From assembly GCA_040954595.2 (NCBI GenBank), contig CM082587.2, forward strand, positions 2,137,000-2,200,999: a stretch of DNA of 64,000 nucleotides. Direction: 5' to 3'. The position numbers and the translations under genes were made by a program. This DNA comes from Balanoglossus misakiensis. Lineage: Eukaryota > Animalia > Hemichordata. Shown here piece after piece: positions 1-14,600 of the stretch; position 1 is the stretch's first letter, and each line of letters opens with the position of its first letter. The notes beneath the pieces were generated by a model. It saw nothing but the letters and a program-made list of their open reading frames with translations, ran no database searches and had not been told where the DNA came from.

Positions 1-1081
1 CAAATCACTAGTACCATAATCTACATGTATTATTGTATATACAATGTCAAATAACGCTATATTAGTAAAATCTGTCATTAAATTTGTGCATTTCATCTAA
101 GGGGCATATACAAGTGATGGTGATCAGGGATAGTTTGTCCTTTTCACCCCTGCATTGTACTGGTTTCACCCTGATGTTCCCATGGATACAGCCAGACCTG
201 TATCCATTCGGCTGGGACCCTGCAGCAGAGCTTGATCCGAACATGTGCACTACCAAAAGGGTCATTCCCAGACTTAGGGTGGGAAAAGGTCAAACAAAAC
301 CCGGTCCATCACTTCAGACCTGGCCATGCAGGTCAGTTACCTGCCAAGACACTGCAGCTCAGAATAGCTTAGCTTCAACAAACTTTCGTTTCAGGATCTA
401 AGATCCTTTGTAACAATTCTTCATTTTATGCACATGCAGTGCTTACAAACTACAAATATTTGTACTCCATGAACTTCAGCTATGCAAAACTATTTCAAAC
501 CGGACGTAAATGTGCACCATCACTGGTTCTTTGCAAGCCGACTACTAGTATTTACACGGCTGCCACACTCAACCATTGTGTCCCCTGCTTTTCTGAATAA
601 TGGAACAGTCCACATTGTACAGACAATAGGAATGCGACATTATCCAGACAAGATGGGGATGGACAGCACACTGGTGGAGGTGTCAAAGCTAGATCAGGTT
701 GCCACTGTAGCTGCTGCTGGATATGTGTTAGAGATCTTGGATCTACTTCATTCTTTTTCTTTCCAGCTTAAAATCTATAAAAAAAATCTTTCATTCATGA
801 TAAAAACATCACAACTTGCATAGGTAAAAGTGATTCATTTTTACTGAAGTGGTTCACTTCGGTCACTGCATATTTACAAAGTTTTTGAATTTACATCTGA
901 TAGTTGACAGTGCGTGAGGTGGGACATCAGTGTACAACAGCTTCATGAAAAAATTCACACTTTTAACAAAATAGTGAATTTGCAGAAAAAAACTCGATTT
1001 TTGAAGCGTCACTCTTTTTTTCCTTCAGCTTCTGCTTCCACTCTGAACTCTTTTTTTTTTCGTAAGACAGGATGTAAATAT

Positions 1082-4000
1082 CTAGGCACTACCCATCACC
1101 CAACGATGGTTAGCACGGCGACGACGCAGTCGCACTATGGCCGCATCCACTGAAGCCGCTCCGTGTTTGTCCCGGATGTCATTCTCTAGTCTCATGCGAG
1201 CTAACTGCAACATGCCAATGTTACGACTTGTAGCGAGCAGAGACGCATCGAGACCTGCCGCACCCTGCAGAAAAAAATGGAGAAAGACATTCATTGAGCA
1301 TTCACTGTATTGTTGAGAAGTGTGTTGCCCCCTTTATTGAACATATATTCACAGGGAAAAAATTATTTGTCATATCTTCTCAACTTGAATATATTTCCAA
1401 CTGTGTGAAGTTTTACTCACCTTAATGATATCCTGTGCTTCTGGTAGATTGGTTCCTGGGTGGCGTTGATACACACGGATGTGAGGACGGGTCAGTTTCT
1501 CTCGTGTCATCAGATCGGCTTGCGACTCTGGGCCCAGGGTGCAACCCTTGGCCTTTTCAGTTGCATCAAACCATCGCTGTGCTCTGTGAACAGCAGCGCG
1601 AGTCTCGCCAGACTGTACTTGCAAATGTTGCTGTAAAAAGAAGAAATTTTATTTCAGTTGTATCCAGTGTTTCCCATGGGAATTTCTGGTGCACTTTGGC
1701 CAATTTACTTAATGCCTTTCACTGTTACCACTGAGACATTTCAGAAATGTCACTTACTTTGAGCGCAGTTGTTTCAGCCAGTTTCTGAACGATTCCATCA
1801 TTGACAGCTTTGTGCGAGGCCCTCTGCATTTGTTCAGTTCTTTCAATGGTGTCGTCCACTTCTCTTCTCAGGGTTGCCGACTTATTACGAGCCTCGCGAG
1901 CCTGTGCCATGGCTGCTGCTGCTTCGGGCGTGAACGGTCCGAGTGGATCAAGTAGAGGTGATGCTGATCGCTGATCATGATCTTCTGTGCCTTGGGCGGG
2001 AGTTGCTGACCTTCGACCTTCTGCGCGCATGTTCAGATTGATCTGTCCCGAGTAACCAAGACCGCCGGCTCCGAAGGTTGGTCGATTTACGTGCGGCATG
2101 TTGCGGGAATTTCTGCCGCTTGTGACTGAGGATGCAGCGTGACAGAGCAGATCAAGTACCCGCTGACGTTCCTGTATGACTGCACCTAGCCGTCTACGAG
2201 CTTGGTCCAAATCCTGTACATTAAAGAAATTAACAATTCAGTTAACAATCATCCTGAAACAAGAAATTTAAACCATCATGAAACTCAGACTGCATCTTGC
2301 TGACAAGATGATACTACCCTTGGTTAAATCTGCAGTTGATTGGGAAATACTAACCTGTAACTGTCTTTGAACAGATCTCAACTGTGCTTCTAACATTCTC
2401 TTGAGTTCTAACAACTGTTTCCGTTCAGACTCCAATAAGCCATCTGCTCCGTCAAGTGGCTGTGGAAAAAAAAAGTTGAATATGCTATGAATACTCTGAG
2501 TCCATGCAATTAATTATACCTATACCCAGGCATCAACAATGAAAACAATTCACTGGGTTAAAGCAGACACTGTACAAGTATTGACATCACTAATAACTCT
2601 GGGAGTAATCCCGCGCACAGTGTATGCTGGAAGCCATTCTCTGATTTAATTAGAAATGTGTGTTAATTCATCTTAATCGTAGGTGAATGAGACGAATGCT
2701 TCAACAATACTCTGATAGGCCATAGCAACCACAGTAAGCCAATGACCATGTCTTAATTCCTTCACAGCACAGGAATTCTCGCCATTCATCACTCGGAGTG
2801 AAGCTGTTTAGTGGGAGATGCCTTGTTAGACGCCATGTAAGAGCCCAGCAACCAGTTATTGCTGTGTCATCTCTTCCCAAGTTATCTGGGGTTATGCTGA
2901 CCTTGGTACATCTTTTGTGTTTTAATAAATTCATGATTTGTCTTTCATATTAAAGTTGAGAAGATCAAGTTTGAGAGAAATTCCAATTGGACATGTCAGT
3001 ACCAGTTGTCAAGGATAAGCAACTGACGTGACCAAACCAATTTAGAAATGGGGAAGTATAATGAAAATATTTTCTTTCACTCTCTTTCAGGTTCTGCTTT
3101 TCTATCTAATTTATCGTCTTTTCAAAATAACTTTCATCACAATGTCGCCTGGACATTCTGGCCATGCACTGTTTAGAAGTTAATTTAGTTAATAACAGTA
3201 AATAATTTAAATGTTGACCATTATGTAACTATGTACCTCACAACCCTTACAAAGTCTGTAGTTAACATTAAAAATACATCATGGCGTGATGATGCATTTT
3301 TAATGGAAAGCATCACTAGGGTGGGGAAGAAATCAAGCGCTTGGTAAACACAACAGAATAACAAACACAATGTATACAAAAATGTGATTAAAAATATTGC
3401 CATTTACTGTTGTTCTGGCTTTCCAACTTTTGACAACAATAAGCAGCCTCTAACTAAACTGGTATTGGATTATGAACTGTATTATTGCTGAAAAGTATTG
3501 CTGTAGATGTATTTGGACAATTATGGGACCTGGATGTTTGTGTTAACTGTGCATTCCCATTAATTTTGATGCATCACTAAAACCGACAGATCAAAAACCA
3601 TCGCAATTTGTTCCATGACTGACCATCAAAGCATAGGCTACAATTACTTGTATAGAAGCCATTATTATCAAATGATGTTGTCTTTTTTACGGTTACTTGC
3701 CAACAAAGGATATACGCCAGGGGGTTTGTCATGAAGTGACAACTGAACAGTAAACTCAGCTACACTTCTTTTTGTATTAAAAAAGTCTTATCTTCTCAAT
3801 ACTAGGTTCTTTTGAGGAGCATGTCTGATCTCTTTGTTGTTTAACAATTACCAATAAAAATGACAATAGCCACTACAGAGTAATATGATGACAATGACTT
3901 TATACTCCAATATAATAAGCTTTTAAACTGAAAGCATAAATGCTTCCTTATAAAAGTACTTTCATGGTTCTTATCAGTGGGATGGCTCTGAATTTTTAAG

Positions 4001-4833
4001 GCCACTGATTTTTAAATTTGTGTTGTTCAAATGAACAGCTACTGTGTACTGTTGCAGGCTAACAACCATGGTGTACACTTGAAATACAATGCTTCATTGT
4101 TTGATGATAGCATTGACTTTATCTTCATCATCTTTCTTTTTCAGTAACAAGAACTATTTCACAACTACCGTGTAGTTTTTTATACACTGGTATTTCTGTT
4201 TGGTTTTAACACGTCAGGGCTTAGTTGCCGGAACTGTAACCGTTATTTTCTTACACTTGTTTGTGTAATGGTATTGTGTATCACAGAATATGATAATCAG
4301 GTGCCATGTTGGAAATATACATTTTTTTGTTTTGTTTTGAAGTTTATGATGATAACGTATCTCTCGGAGATCTTGACAAATAAAAATATTATGTTGGAGT
4401 CTTTGGTGTGTTTTTTTCTGTTTATTTTACTCACCCTTTCTCGAGATGGCCGGGACAGCCGAACTTCCATGGACAATTTGTTGAGGGCTATGTCTTTTCT
4501 TCTGTGTTCCAGGGCCTTTTCTAGGACTTCCTTCTTACGGATGAGTAACTTAATTTCTTCATTTGTTTCCACAAGACTTTCACGAAGTCTCACCACGACG
4601 GCTCTGGTTTCTCTGATATAACAGTGAACGACTTCGTTGCTCTGTTGAGCACAAGTGTCTCGAAGTGACGGCAGCGGGTCCAGGGTCCGTCCGAGATCAC
4701 AGCCCTTGTCGCTCTTTTTCACCACTTCCTGGGCCACTTTGATAGTTTTCAGCGTGTCGTCCCGCCAAGCCATTGGGCCGATCACTGCCGTGGCTAACGG
4801 CACAGACAGACGGGTATTCATTAGGGTTGCCAT
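1082..4833 (-). CDS. CCDC105: Tektin-like protein 1 / coiled-coil domain-containing protein 105 (axonemal microtubule inner protein), ~450 aa, 5 coding exons
   Basis: Minus-strand exons 4833-4435, 2459-2355, 2213-1758, 1630-1421 and 1264-1082, all with GT-AG phase-0 junctions, total 1353 nt including TAG. Tektin-like coiled coils with an RPSRE motif. The C-terminal RPHIRVYQRHPGTNLPEA...VDAAIVRLRRR resembles vertebrate CCDC105/TEKTL1 as I recall it. A probable 5' UTR intron lies at 4858-4922. Confidence 0.8.
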
Positions 4834-4959
4834 TTCAGTCCATTTGTCTGTGAAACGCTAAATATGAGAGAAAATAACAACTTGACAAGTCCCTTCTGGG
4901 CCCAAGTGGCGAATCCCGTTACCTGATGATGGTTGTCCGACACTTAGCGTCGGTACGTA

Positions 4960-5520
4960 ACACGTGTTGCCAAGCAACTTTACTTCGCGGAGACAATCCC
5001 CGCCATGTTGGCATTAGTCAGATACTTTTGTACCGAGCAACATGATTGGTTATTAGTTGGTCGTTCTTGGTATATGTACCTAATAATATGAATAGTCGCT
5101 AAAGCTATGTCTTATTTGCCACTTTGCACAAGTCGTACCACTCTATTTCCCGAGGTTTCGACCTTGCATATGTATGTTTGTGGTGATGAGAATGAAAATA
5201 TGTAATTGAAATTTGCGAATGCAGTGCGTCCTTTACAGAATTATAGGTAGCCAATGAGCATGTATGTCATGTGCACTATGTACCAAGGATGTTTGCGTTC
5301 AGATTTATTGTTTTTACCGAAATGTGATGCATAATAAGACTATATAGTCTACACAAAGATACTACCAGACATATTTAATATTTATCAGCACAAAATATTC
5401 ACAAAATGGTTCGCGTTCTTGAATTTCACATTGTCGTGTTTGATTGTCGTCCTTGGAAAACTCTCGTGAGAGGGAAACGTGATTTGGGATGGCCGTTCCC
5501 GTTCCGGCATGACGTCACCA
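4960..5520. promoter_or_regulatory. Shared divergent promoter region between CCDC105-like and TPRN-like genes
   Basis: The two ATGs are ~830 bp apart, head-to-head. Motifs: X-box GTTGCCAAGCAAC (4966-4978), YY1-like CCGCCATGTT (~5000-5009), reverse CCAAT (~5045), palindrome CTCTCGTGAGAG (5461-5472), ETS core TTCCGG (5502-5507), CRE TGACGTCA (5510-5517). CpG is locally enriched. Confidence 0.65.
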
Positions 5521-5661
5521 GGGTCGCACTTAGATTTGTGATCAGGGGAAAGACGTATGTAAATTACAGGCAGAAAAGTTTGATTTTCCCGATAAATTAT
5601 TAACCACGGAGACTGTATATTGCTTCAGTTGAATTCAGACACGGAAGGAGAAGCTGCCAAA

Positions 5662-8600
5662 ATGACGGTACCGGCTTGGAAAACGTCGCTGCTGGAGAAA
5701 AAGCACAGACGCGACGAGGAAGACAGAAAGAGACAAGAGGAAGAGGAATGGCAATTGGAAGCTATGCCCGCCTGGAAAAGAGAATTAGTCCTGAAAAAAC
5801 GAGCCGGTGTTCAGCTGAATAGCTGGAGAGTTACGCCCAGGCCAGCGGTGAGTACGAATTATGGTCACAGCCATAAGGCAGCAGCGGTCACGATAAAACC
5901 TATGACGACCGCCGCCTCGAAAAACGACAGTGGAGACAAAGTAACAACCCAAGCCCCCACCCAAAACCATGTACATTCCAGAGACGAAATAGACGGTCAC
6001 AACACGAACGAGATTAAGGATTATCATGCAGGTGTTTCGGAAGAACACGTTGCATCAGTCCATGATAACCCGTTCTTCAAACTGGAACGTAAACGGCTAA
6101 GTTCGGGCACTGAAGAGACACCGGCAGTGAATTGGAAACCACCCTCTGCTGTTGAAGTGAATAAAAACACAACACCCAACACAACAGGTTATGCGAAGAC
6201 CAACACATCTCAATATGCGAATAAGCCAAAGGCATTTTCACAGAATTCCGAAAATGTGTCGTCCATGGCGGCGGCCTCGAATCAAAACAAACCACATCAT
6301 GAACCTGAAGTGATTATTATCCCCAAGCCGAGACATAAAATAATTGTAGACAACAGACTCATGGAACAGAAACAAGAACCAGCACCCAAACAAATACGTT
6401 TGCGAACACGTAGTCTGTCTCCAGCAACTGGAGTTGCCAGAAGACAAGCCTCAGTGGAAAGTGATAGCTCAAGTCCAAGATCACCTAGCAGCGAGTCGCC
6501 CTTGCACAGCCCAAGAAGTCTTGACACGGAGAATGATGAAAACATCGAGAGGGGGAAAGTCAACAAGTTGCTGGGTTTGTTTGGAAAGGCAGTCACACCC
6601 GAAGACTTGAGGAGGAGCCGATTGAACAGTTTAGAGAGAAAGGCTATTTCATATATGAAGCCAAAGCAAGAAGGCGTGGTCAAGACCAGCACTGTCACAG
6701 AAAAGTCAAGTAAACCCCCTCTTCCACCCTCAGCAGTCGCCAAAAAAGCACCTGTTACACCGATGACTACTGTGACAACACAGTCGCAGTATGTCCCAGT
6801 GAGTAGACCCACTGTTACAGAACCAAGTGCTGAACTCAAGTCAGTGGAGAAAGTATCAGTGCCTTCAAAGAAGAGCGAAGAACCGGAGAAGGGTGAACCC
6901 ATTCCAATTGTACCCAGGAGGTCCAAGAAGAAGAAGCTAGACGCTAGTACTATTATACGTCTTGATAGTTCGGGACCACCCACAGCAAAACAAGGAAACT
7001 ATGCAAACTCGCCATCACCAACTGAAGACAAGCCAGTGAAAACAGACAGAGCAGATAAGGAAGATCAAACAGATCTAAGCAGACACCACACAGTTCAACC
7101 ACTGGAGACCAAAACAGATGATACAGGCGAAGTCATTCAACCAAACACGGTGTCTAATATTCGCCATTCATTTAGTGAGTATAATGGCCCTGTACCTGTG
7201 CCAGCTAGTACTACAAGAAATAATGGTAGTACAAAGAGGCGTGCCCCACCCCCACCAAAGCAGATATCCCCCAGGGAGGAAGAGAAGTCAGTTACAAATG
7301 GTGCTCAGGTGACAGTAACCAAGACTGAACAGACAACTCAGAAACTGGCAGAAGTGAAACGAGAGGAAGCAGCACCAGAAAGGAATGGCCCTTCAAGCAA
7401 ACCAGCCTCAGAACCTGTTACAAAACAACCGACTCAGCCTACATCAGTTAGTAAACAACCAAAGCAACAAGCATCGGTTAGTAAAGAGCCAACCAAGCAG
7501 ACATCAGTGAAACAACCAAATCAGCAACCATCAGTTAGTAAACAACCAATACCACCAGTTAGTAAACAACCAATTCAGCAACAACCAGTTAACAAACAAA
7601 CAATAATCATGACCCCGGTAAAGCATAACTCTTCAGCCACAAATTCCAGTTCAGAAGTCAGACAAGCTGTTGATGAGCTGAAGAGCGTAGGAACTACATA
7701 TCGCATCACTCCTCGTACCAATAAAACTACTACAAGTAACAACACCAACAAGAAAGAAACGAAAACTGTGCTTGCACCGAAAAAGTCCACAAATGAGAAT
7801 GACAGTACAACAAATGCGAAAACAGAGACACGTACAGTGACTATTGTTTCCAATACTAAGAAAGTCCAACCTGAACAGAACTCTGCAGTATTGCCAGCAA
7901 ATGATCATAAGCCCAATGCTGTTGATATACCAGTGACGAACATTGATGACATTCCAGTTAGTAACATTGACGATTTTCTGTCTCCCCCGACATCGCCAAC
8001 ACGCCCAACTGCAACGACAGTAGTAAGTGCTCCCAAGGAAGATGTGGTCACTCTAAGCAATAATAACACTGAGAAACCCAAAGCTGTGCAAAATGGAACT
8101 GTGATTGTGAACGGAACAAGCGAGGGTGAATCAAAGGACAAGTTCATTGAACCACGGACCCTCCACACAGGGGTTGAACCTGGTACTTTTGTCAAACCGC
8201 CCCTCAAAAGAATTTCAGGGGGAAAGTTTAAAAAGATTACAACTTATCGGTTCATTGGAGAAAATGCACCAACCGGGAAGCCTTCTATGCTGACAAAATC
8301 TAGAACAAGCAAGGTAAGTGTGTTTATTCATCTACACACATCTCATCAGAAATTTTGCTGATGTAAAGTCTATCTATCTTTCTGTCCGTTCAGAAACACA
8401 TTCATTTGCCTGTGTGTGCACCTATAGGCAAATGTATGTATTTCTGAACAGGAACTGCCTTTCTGTTGTGTTCACACTCCAGACGAAGAGAGAAGCACCA
8501 CATTTCAGCCCACCAGTAGAAATATATGTCACTGGTTATTAGACTTACGGTCCATTGGAAATCATTCTACCGTGAGAATGGGAACTAAGGTTATCCCAGC

Positions 8601-11600
8601 AGGTTTAACCCCCCAGCATGGTGTAAAGCATGATATGGATTGTATGACACTGGTTCAGTTTTGTTTGGCTAGGTTGTATTGAAGTTTGAACCAATAAAAT
8701 GTGATTGTAAAACTAACCCATCTCCAGAAGAAATGTACATGTAGTAAGTATGATAAATTGTACATGGTTACATTCTAAATTTATATCAGATATGAATAGA
8801 GCATGACTGATATGAATTTTGAATGTGTTTCCTGGAGGACATTTTGGGCGTTGCTGGTCATGCATGAATGGGGTAGGCACTGTGGTGGATAGTGATGGTT
8901 ATCAGCGAATGAGTTGTAGCATTCACTGACTTGTCAGTATCAAGCAAATCAGGAAAAAAGGAACTTCTGTCAAAATAATTGTAAAATATACTTAAGGTCC
9001 TAACCTTTTTGCTACTAGGCTTTGTAATTTTCAATCCCGAGACTTCCTTGTTGTTAAAAACTGTTGGGTGGTTGTGGGGCAAACATCTCACAAGGGAACT
9101 CGATCACTACCAACATGAAATAAAAATTTTGTGTATAGCATTGGTTGTATGAGAACATTTGTGGTGGTGATGGAATTATCATGATGACCATGATTAATTA
9201 AGACATGACCCTGAACCATTGAAAAGCTGCATAAAAGCCATCAAATTGAATGTAATTTTTGACATAGAAATTGGGTGTATTGTGCCTAATAAACCACCAT
9301 AAAAGCGTACAATATTCTGATTTCTGTGTTGATCCCGAATGTGCGAGAGGGCTTTTTTATTTTCCGAATTGAAAAGAATTCAGTGTGAATGTAGGGCTCT
9401 TTAATATTTACTGTTGGTATACCGGCATGATTTGCATAGCATTACAATAGAGTATTCAATATACAATCATTCAGCACATAATATGACTCTATGCAGGGGA
9501 GTGCACCATCAATACTCTGATTTTGCCAGACGCTTTATAGCTTGTACAACAAATCTCTGCATTGCTATCATTCTAAGACTCAAATAAACACAACAAATGG
9601 AGGGAATTTTGTGTTTTGCTCGGACAAAAAGCAATAATCACTGGTGCTAACAGTGAAGTAGGGGGTCAAAGGTGAAACTCTGGTATGTTTACTCTGAGAT
9701 CATTGGATTTTTATCACGAGTATCATCAATAATGAGAATGTGTGTCGAAGACTGTAGCCTAGTTCTTCAATAAGATTTTGAACAATCAATACAAAGACAA
9801 AGAGTTGTTAGCCTGTAAAGTTCCAACCCATCAAATGTTCGACAGATTTCAGATATTGCTGGGTCTCCACTGTGAAATTGGGACATTTCTGTGGGCGTTC
9901 CTTTTGGTGTGATTTAAATTCTTAAACAGATTCAGATAAACAATCAATTCTACTTACATCACACGTGCATGTGTTCATAGATAATTTTGATTCATTGTGC
10001 ACATGGAATAAATTATGTGTGTGGAACAGATACCTGTGTGTAAAAAATTGTCATAACTGATCATCTACCCTGGTGGCCATATTGTCAAAGACAGTGTTGT
10101 ACATGTAGTTGGTTGCAGCTATGGTTTGTAATTTATACATTGCACTGTTTCCTAACCACAGAGGTTTGGACAAAGTCAACCCAAACAAATAAAGCAAGTT
10201 TTGATACAAGGCAGAGAAAAATAAAAAGGGGTGTCAACCAGGTAGAAATCCTAAGTGTGTGTGAGTCAGTGTTGGATAATGTAAACACTTGAGGGGGAGG
10301 GGTGGGGGGCTTTGATTTTGTGAGGTTGACACATTCACATGTTCTTAGACTAGTATGAAGATATGGGGTGGGTGTACCTAAATACAATCACATTATGTGC
10401 ATGTACCCTGTAGATCATCTAGTTTGATAAGTTGTATTTGCCAAGTCCAGAAAATCCACAGTACGAAATTATGCACACTTGAGCAGGTGAAGGGCTATTC
10501 GCATTTACCTATGTGATGTCACTGAATGGCTGAAAACATGGTACCTTTGCATACCAGAGCTGGATGACATACCAGCATGCCACGTGTTCACATTCCTGCA
10601 TTGGTGGTCAGTTTCTGTCCAATTTTGTATCCTACAGCTGACTTCTTTTCAAACTAGTTGGTTAATTTAGCCAAGTGAGGGATAGAATGAACGAACACTC
10701 TGAATTTTGTTGAAACATTTCATTTCTATAAAGCTCCAAGTAAGTAATGGTCATGATACATTTCACCCATCAAAGGACATAGAGCTTTTCAATTGTGGTC
10801 AGTGATGACTGCGCCCTTGCCACAATGATTGACCACAACTGTGGGCGGATTCCCTGAAACCCTTCAAGGTGCTACTTTAGATGTGGACCCACATTGAAGC
10901 AGGTCACTGCACCAGTTGTGGCCAAAATCAATATTTACTGACATTTTTATGCAATTGGAGAACTGGTACTGCAGTCTTCCCTAGGTTTGTTCACATCTTG
11001 TGTAAGAACCACCCTCTCTACTCCCCCCCCCCCCCCTCCATCACTCGATTCTTATACTGTCAGTCATAGTGGCCTTTATCGCATTGTTCTGCTGTGCTAA
11101 TCAAACCATTTCCACCCAAAATAGAATAAAACAAATGGATTAAGAAAACAGAAATAAGTGTGCCTGTTTGGAGGTCAGCAGTGGTCAATATTTGAAAAGG
11201 TCACCTTGAGAAGATTGCAAATGCTGTGTTTGTAAGCACAGAATTCAAGTGGGCATTGTCAATGTAAAGTTATCCCCATACACACTGTAAATGCACCACT
11301 TGTCTAGACTCTAGCAGGGATAGTATTTCACAGATTACTGAAACCCATATGCAGTAAAAAAGATGAGACCAATTTATCATGTTTATCGAAATGTTAACCA
11401 TTTGAGAATATCACAGGTTTTGCTGTTTATTTGTTCATTTGCTGTTTTGTTTATTTGCTTGGAAAATATGACATCATGTATCAGAACATTGACAATTTTG
11501 TTGTCATAGTGACAGCTGACTGTGTTGTCATAATATACATGTGTGTATGTATATGTGTGTTGTGTATGTAGGTGTTTGATATTGATGTCTGTACTGCATT

Positions 11601-14600
11601 TCATGCTGTGTGTATTTCACGAGAGATAAATTTATAAATTATGGACATTACAGTCGTTACACAACAACCTCAGACCAGACCATATGGTGACCTCATTTAC
11701 AGTGAATAATTTTTGAACGTTTATTCATACATTGTTGTATATACATGCCTCATTGATAAAATGATTCAAATGTTGGCAACTGCTGAGACCACATTACATA
11801 AACAATATGTTTTTACTACACAATTGTCAGCAATGTACATTGCTTTGCTACAGTGTGATTGAGAGAGTTATTAGTATCCAGAAAAGTAGTTTGCAAACTG
11901 AATTCATTGTGATGTAGTGATGTTTATGTACCACAGAAACGTACTGGTAGACATGCATGCATTCTCTTGCTATGAGCAGACCCTATGGTATTTCTGTCTG
12001 TGTATTGAGCCTTGCTGCACATTCTTCCGATTTACCCTCTGGTGGCAAGTTCATGAATGGGTAACTTCAAGTTATGTCAGTCTTGCAGGTTGCCTTCGGC
12101 AGAGTGATTTGTGTTCTGATGAAAAGAAGCCCTGGCTTTGAAAAATCATTGATAAGGGGGGAAATGGCTGATCGTGTAAAGTAACAAATATGGCATGAAT
12201 TACCAGCACAACTATTTGATTTTGTGAAGCAGGAAAAAGTATATTTGCAAAAGCGATATATCAGTTGTAATGTTTACCCTTAATTTTTCTACCTGATGCT
12301 AATTTGCATATGTGGACATGCATGCCTGTCTGCATCTGAGATGAGTGCTAACGTAATGCTATCAGATATGGGTTGCTGGAGGTGTTGACCTTTGACCTGC
12401 CTTGTTCTGACAGGGGTTGCAGGTTACACAAAGTGGAATTTTGTGTGTTTCCTGGTGTTACCATCATTGAGATATTGCTGCAACACTCTTTCTGCAGAAT
12501 AGACTATCGTGGTAGGAATGATGTCAAAACATACTGTCGCAAGCTTTTGTAACCAGCGTTTATTTCTGGAAAAAAGAACGACAGCAAGTATCCCACCCTG
12601 TGGCTAATATGTAAATGAGCTTTGTACCAAGATTAAGTGTGTTTCATCAGTATAAAGAAAGCATCTTTTTTTGTACAACTCTTTCCACTTAGCCCTGAAA
12701 ATAATTCCAAAATGATGTAACTCCACTGCACTGTTACTTTGACATGAATTTACATCACATACATAAAATGCTGAAAAAATATCAATTCATGCAGATTTAA
12801 CAGACATTATATAGAATGCATATATGCTAGTGTTAAACTCAACTTATTTTCAGAAATGATGGCATTTCAGTGGTCCAGTGGTTTTTATTGGTAAAATGCA
12901 CATATTTATGCCTTAGTTCACTACACTGCTTGCCATTTTCTCAAGGCTATTTGATCAGACAATAGTCACCCTCTGAGGTTCAAGAAAACATTGTTACAGG
13001 TCACTTATTTCTTTGAGAGGAACTTTCTTCATGGAGGAAATTCGGATAGGAGACATAGCCTTACTCTTCGGTTCAATAAACTTTGGAAAAGAGGACTTCT
13101 TTCTGACTTTGAACTTCTGTAAAAAAAAAAATGACCTGACCTCGGATTGGTGTATGCATGATAACCTTTTGTGGCACATGCAAACTGTTCTGTGTCAGCA
13201 GTGACCACATGTATCAAAGGTGTGACCAGCTAATAAGATAGATGTAATCAGACTTCATGTGTGAGATATAAACAGTGGAAGATTCATATCGAGATTACAC
13301 CTTGTGTTGTGAAACGTGACCTTACTGAGTATGGCTAGGCAATGTGACTGTACCATGGACTCAGAAAATGTTACGTACACGGAGATTCAAATGAACTTTG
13401 TTTCCCGGATTTCAAGCCGTACCATGGTCTCAGAAAATGCTAAGTACACAGAAATACTTTGTTTCCCGGATTTCCCTACCAGTCATCTCAGAACACAACA
13501 TCCACCATTTTGGTTTTTTGAACTCTTGAGCATTTACATCACATGAAATTAAAGATGTTCTGAATGTCAAATTGGTATTCTTAGTGCTTCGGCCGTAGCA
13601 TTGAGAAAGGTTACGATAACAGTGGACTGGATAATAACACCAAGGTTAGAGTTCACGGTTCAGGTGTTATTGATGCATGAGTGACACACGACACCTGCTG
13701 AAATATTTTCCTTCGTAAAAGCTTGTTTGGTACTCCAAGCTGCATGAATACCGTCGGGTTCCCTGAAGTTGTATATTGATGATTTTAAAAAACCGGATGT
13801 GCCTGGTCTTTCTCTGTCATCATGATGTAAACATTATAGCCAGCTGGGCAATGCCCAGTTGCTGAGGATAAATCTGTTTGTCGTTGTGAGCGGCTAGTAC
13901 GTGCACTGAATGAAAATACTGAACACCACTGTGTCGACTAATAACTGGACATGCATTGAATTGAGGCGTAATTAGGAACGATTACGTTTCTTTCATTACC
14001 AGTGGCAACTGCTGCGTCAGAACTGTTCAATATGATTGAAAGAAAATATTTAACGTAATTCTCCACATACAAAAAACCCACATTCGTGTTTTAGTTACAA
14101 TAGAGAGTGATTTAGTTGAGTATATAAACTTACTGTTTGGAGAAAAGAAAGCAGTTTACAAAGACACAGGATTGGATTGGTTGATTTTATTCAAAAATTA
14201 AAATTTGTGAAATGAAGATGATAGAAAGAAACTGCCAAGCCAGCCTTGAACATGTGTCCTAGAATTCTGTCCTTGTGTGAGTAACGCAAAAATGGATTCA
14301 AGTTATACACAGTCACAGATCAACAGGAAGGCCACTCTTTGCCTGGCACCCCTGACTGTGTTACAGGTGTGTTTGTCCTTGTAGACCCATGTTTTCATGC
14401 TGAGCTTTCAGCAATGATAAAATAGCAGCCAAGATGATTGAGCGACGCCTTGAGCCCATGAATTGATAATAAAAGTTTTACAGGTCGTTAGAGTGAATGC
14501 TTGCAGATGGCAGGTCATTCTCCTCTCATCATTATTATAGTGACAGATTTCTGTGTACATGTGTTTATCTTGGCGAAGTGAGGGCATTGCACAAAAACAT

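Noticed and set aside
62-823. ORFs at the left edge (84-401, 482-823)
   Set aside because: There is no recognisable domain or consistent splice structure. Likely CCDC105 3' UTR or intergenic DNA.
5620-5661. ORF-track start at TTG 5620
   Set aside because: The family-conserved N-terminus begins at ATG 5662 (MTVPAWK), which has good Kozak context (AAAATGA).
5785-8207. Antisense ORFs (e.g. 6297-6983, 228 aa) over the TPRN-like exon 1, and the many minus-strand ORFs over hemicentin exons
   Set aside because: These are shadow ORFs of coding exons with no independent domain signature.
12100-12150. Hammerhead-like CTGATGA-AAAG...CTTT-GAAA
   Set aside because: Stem III pairing would put G at the cleavage position, and no stem I can form. 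A chance match.
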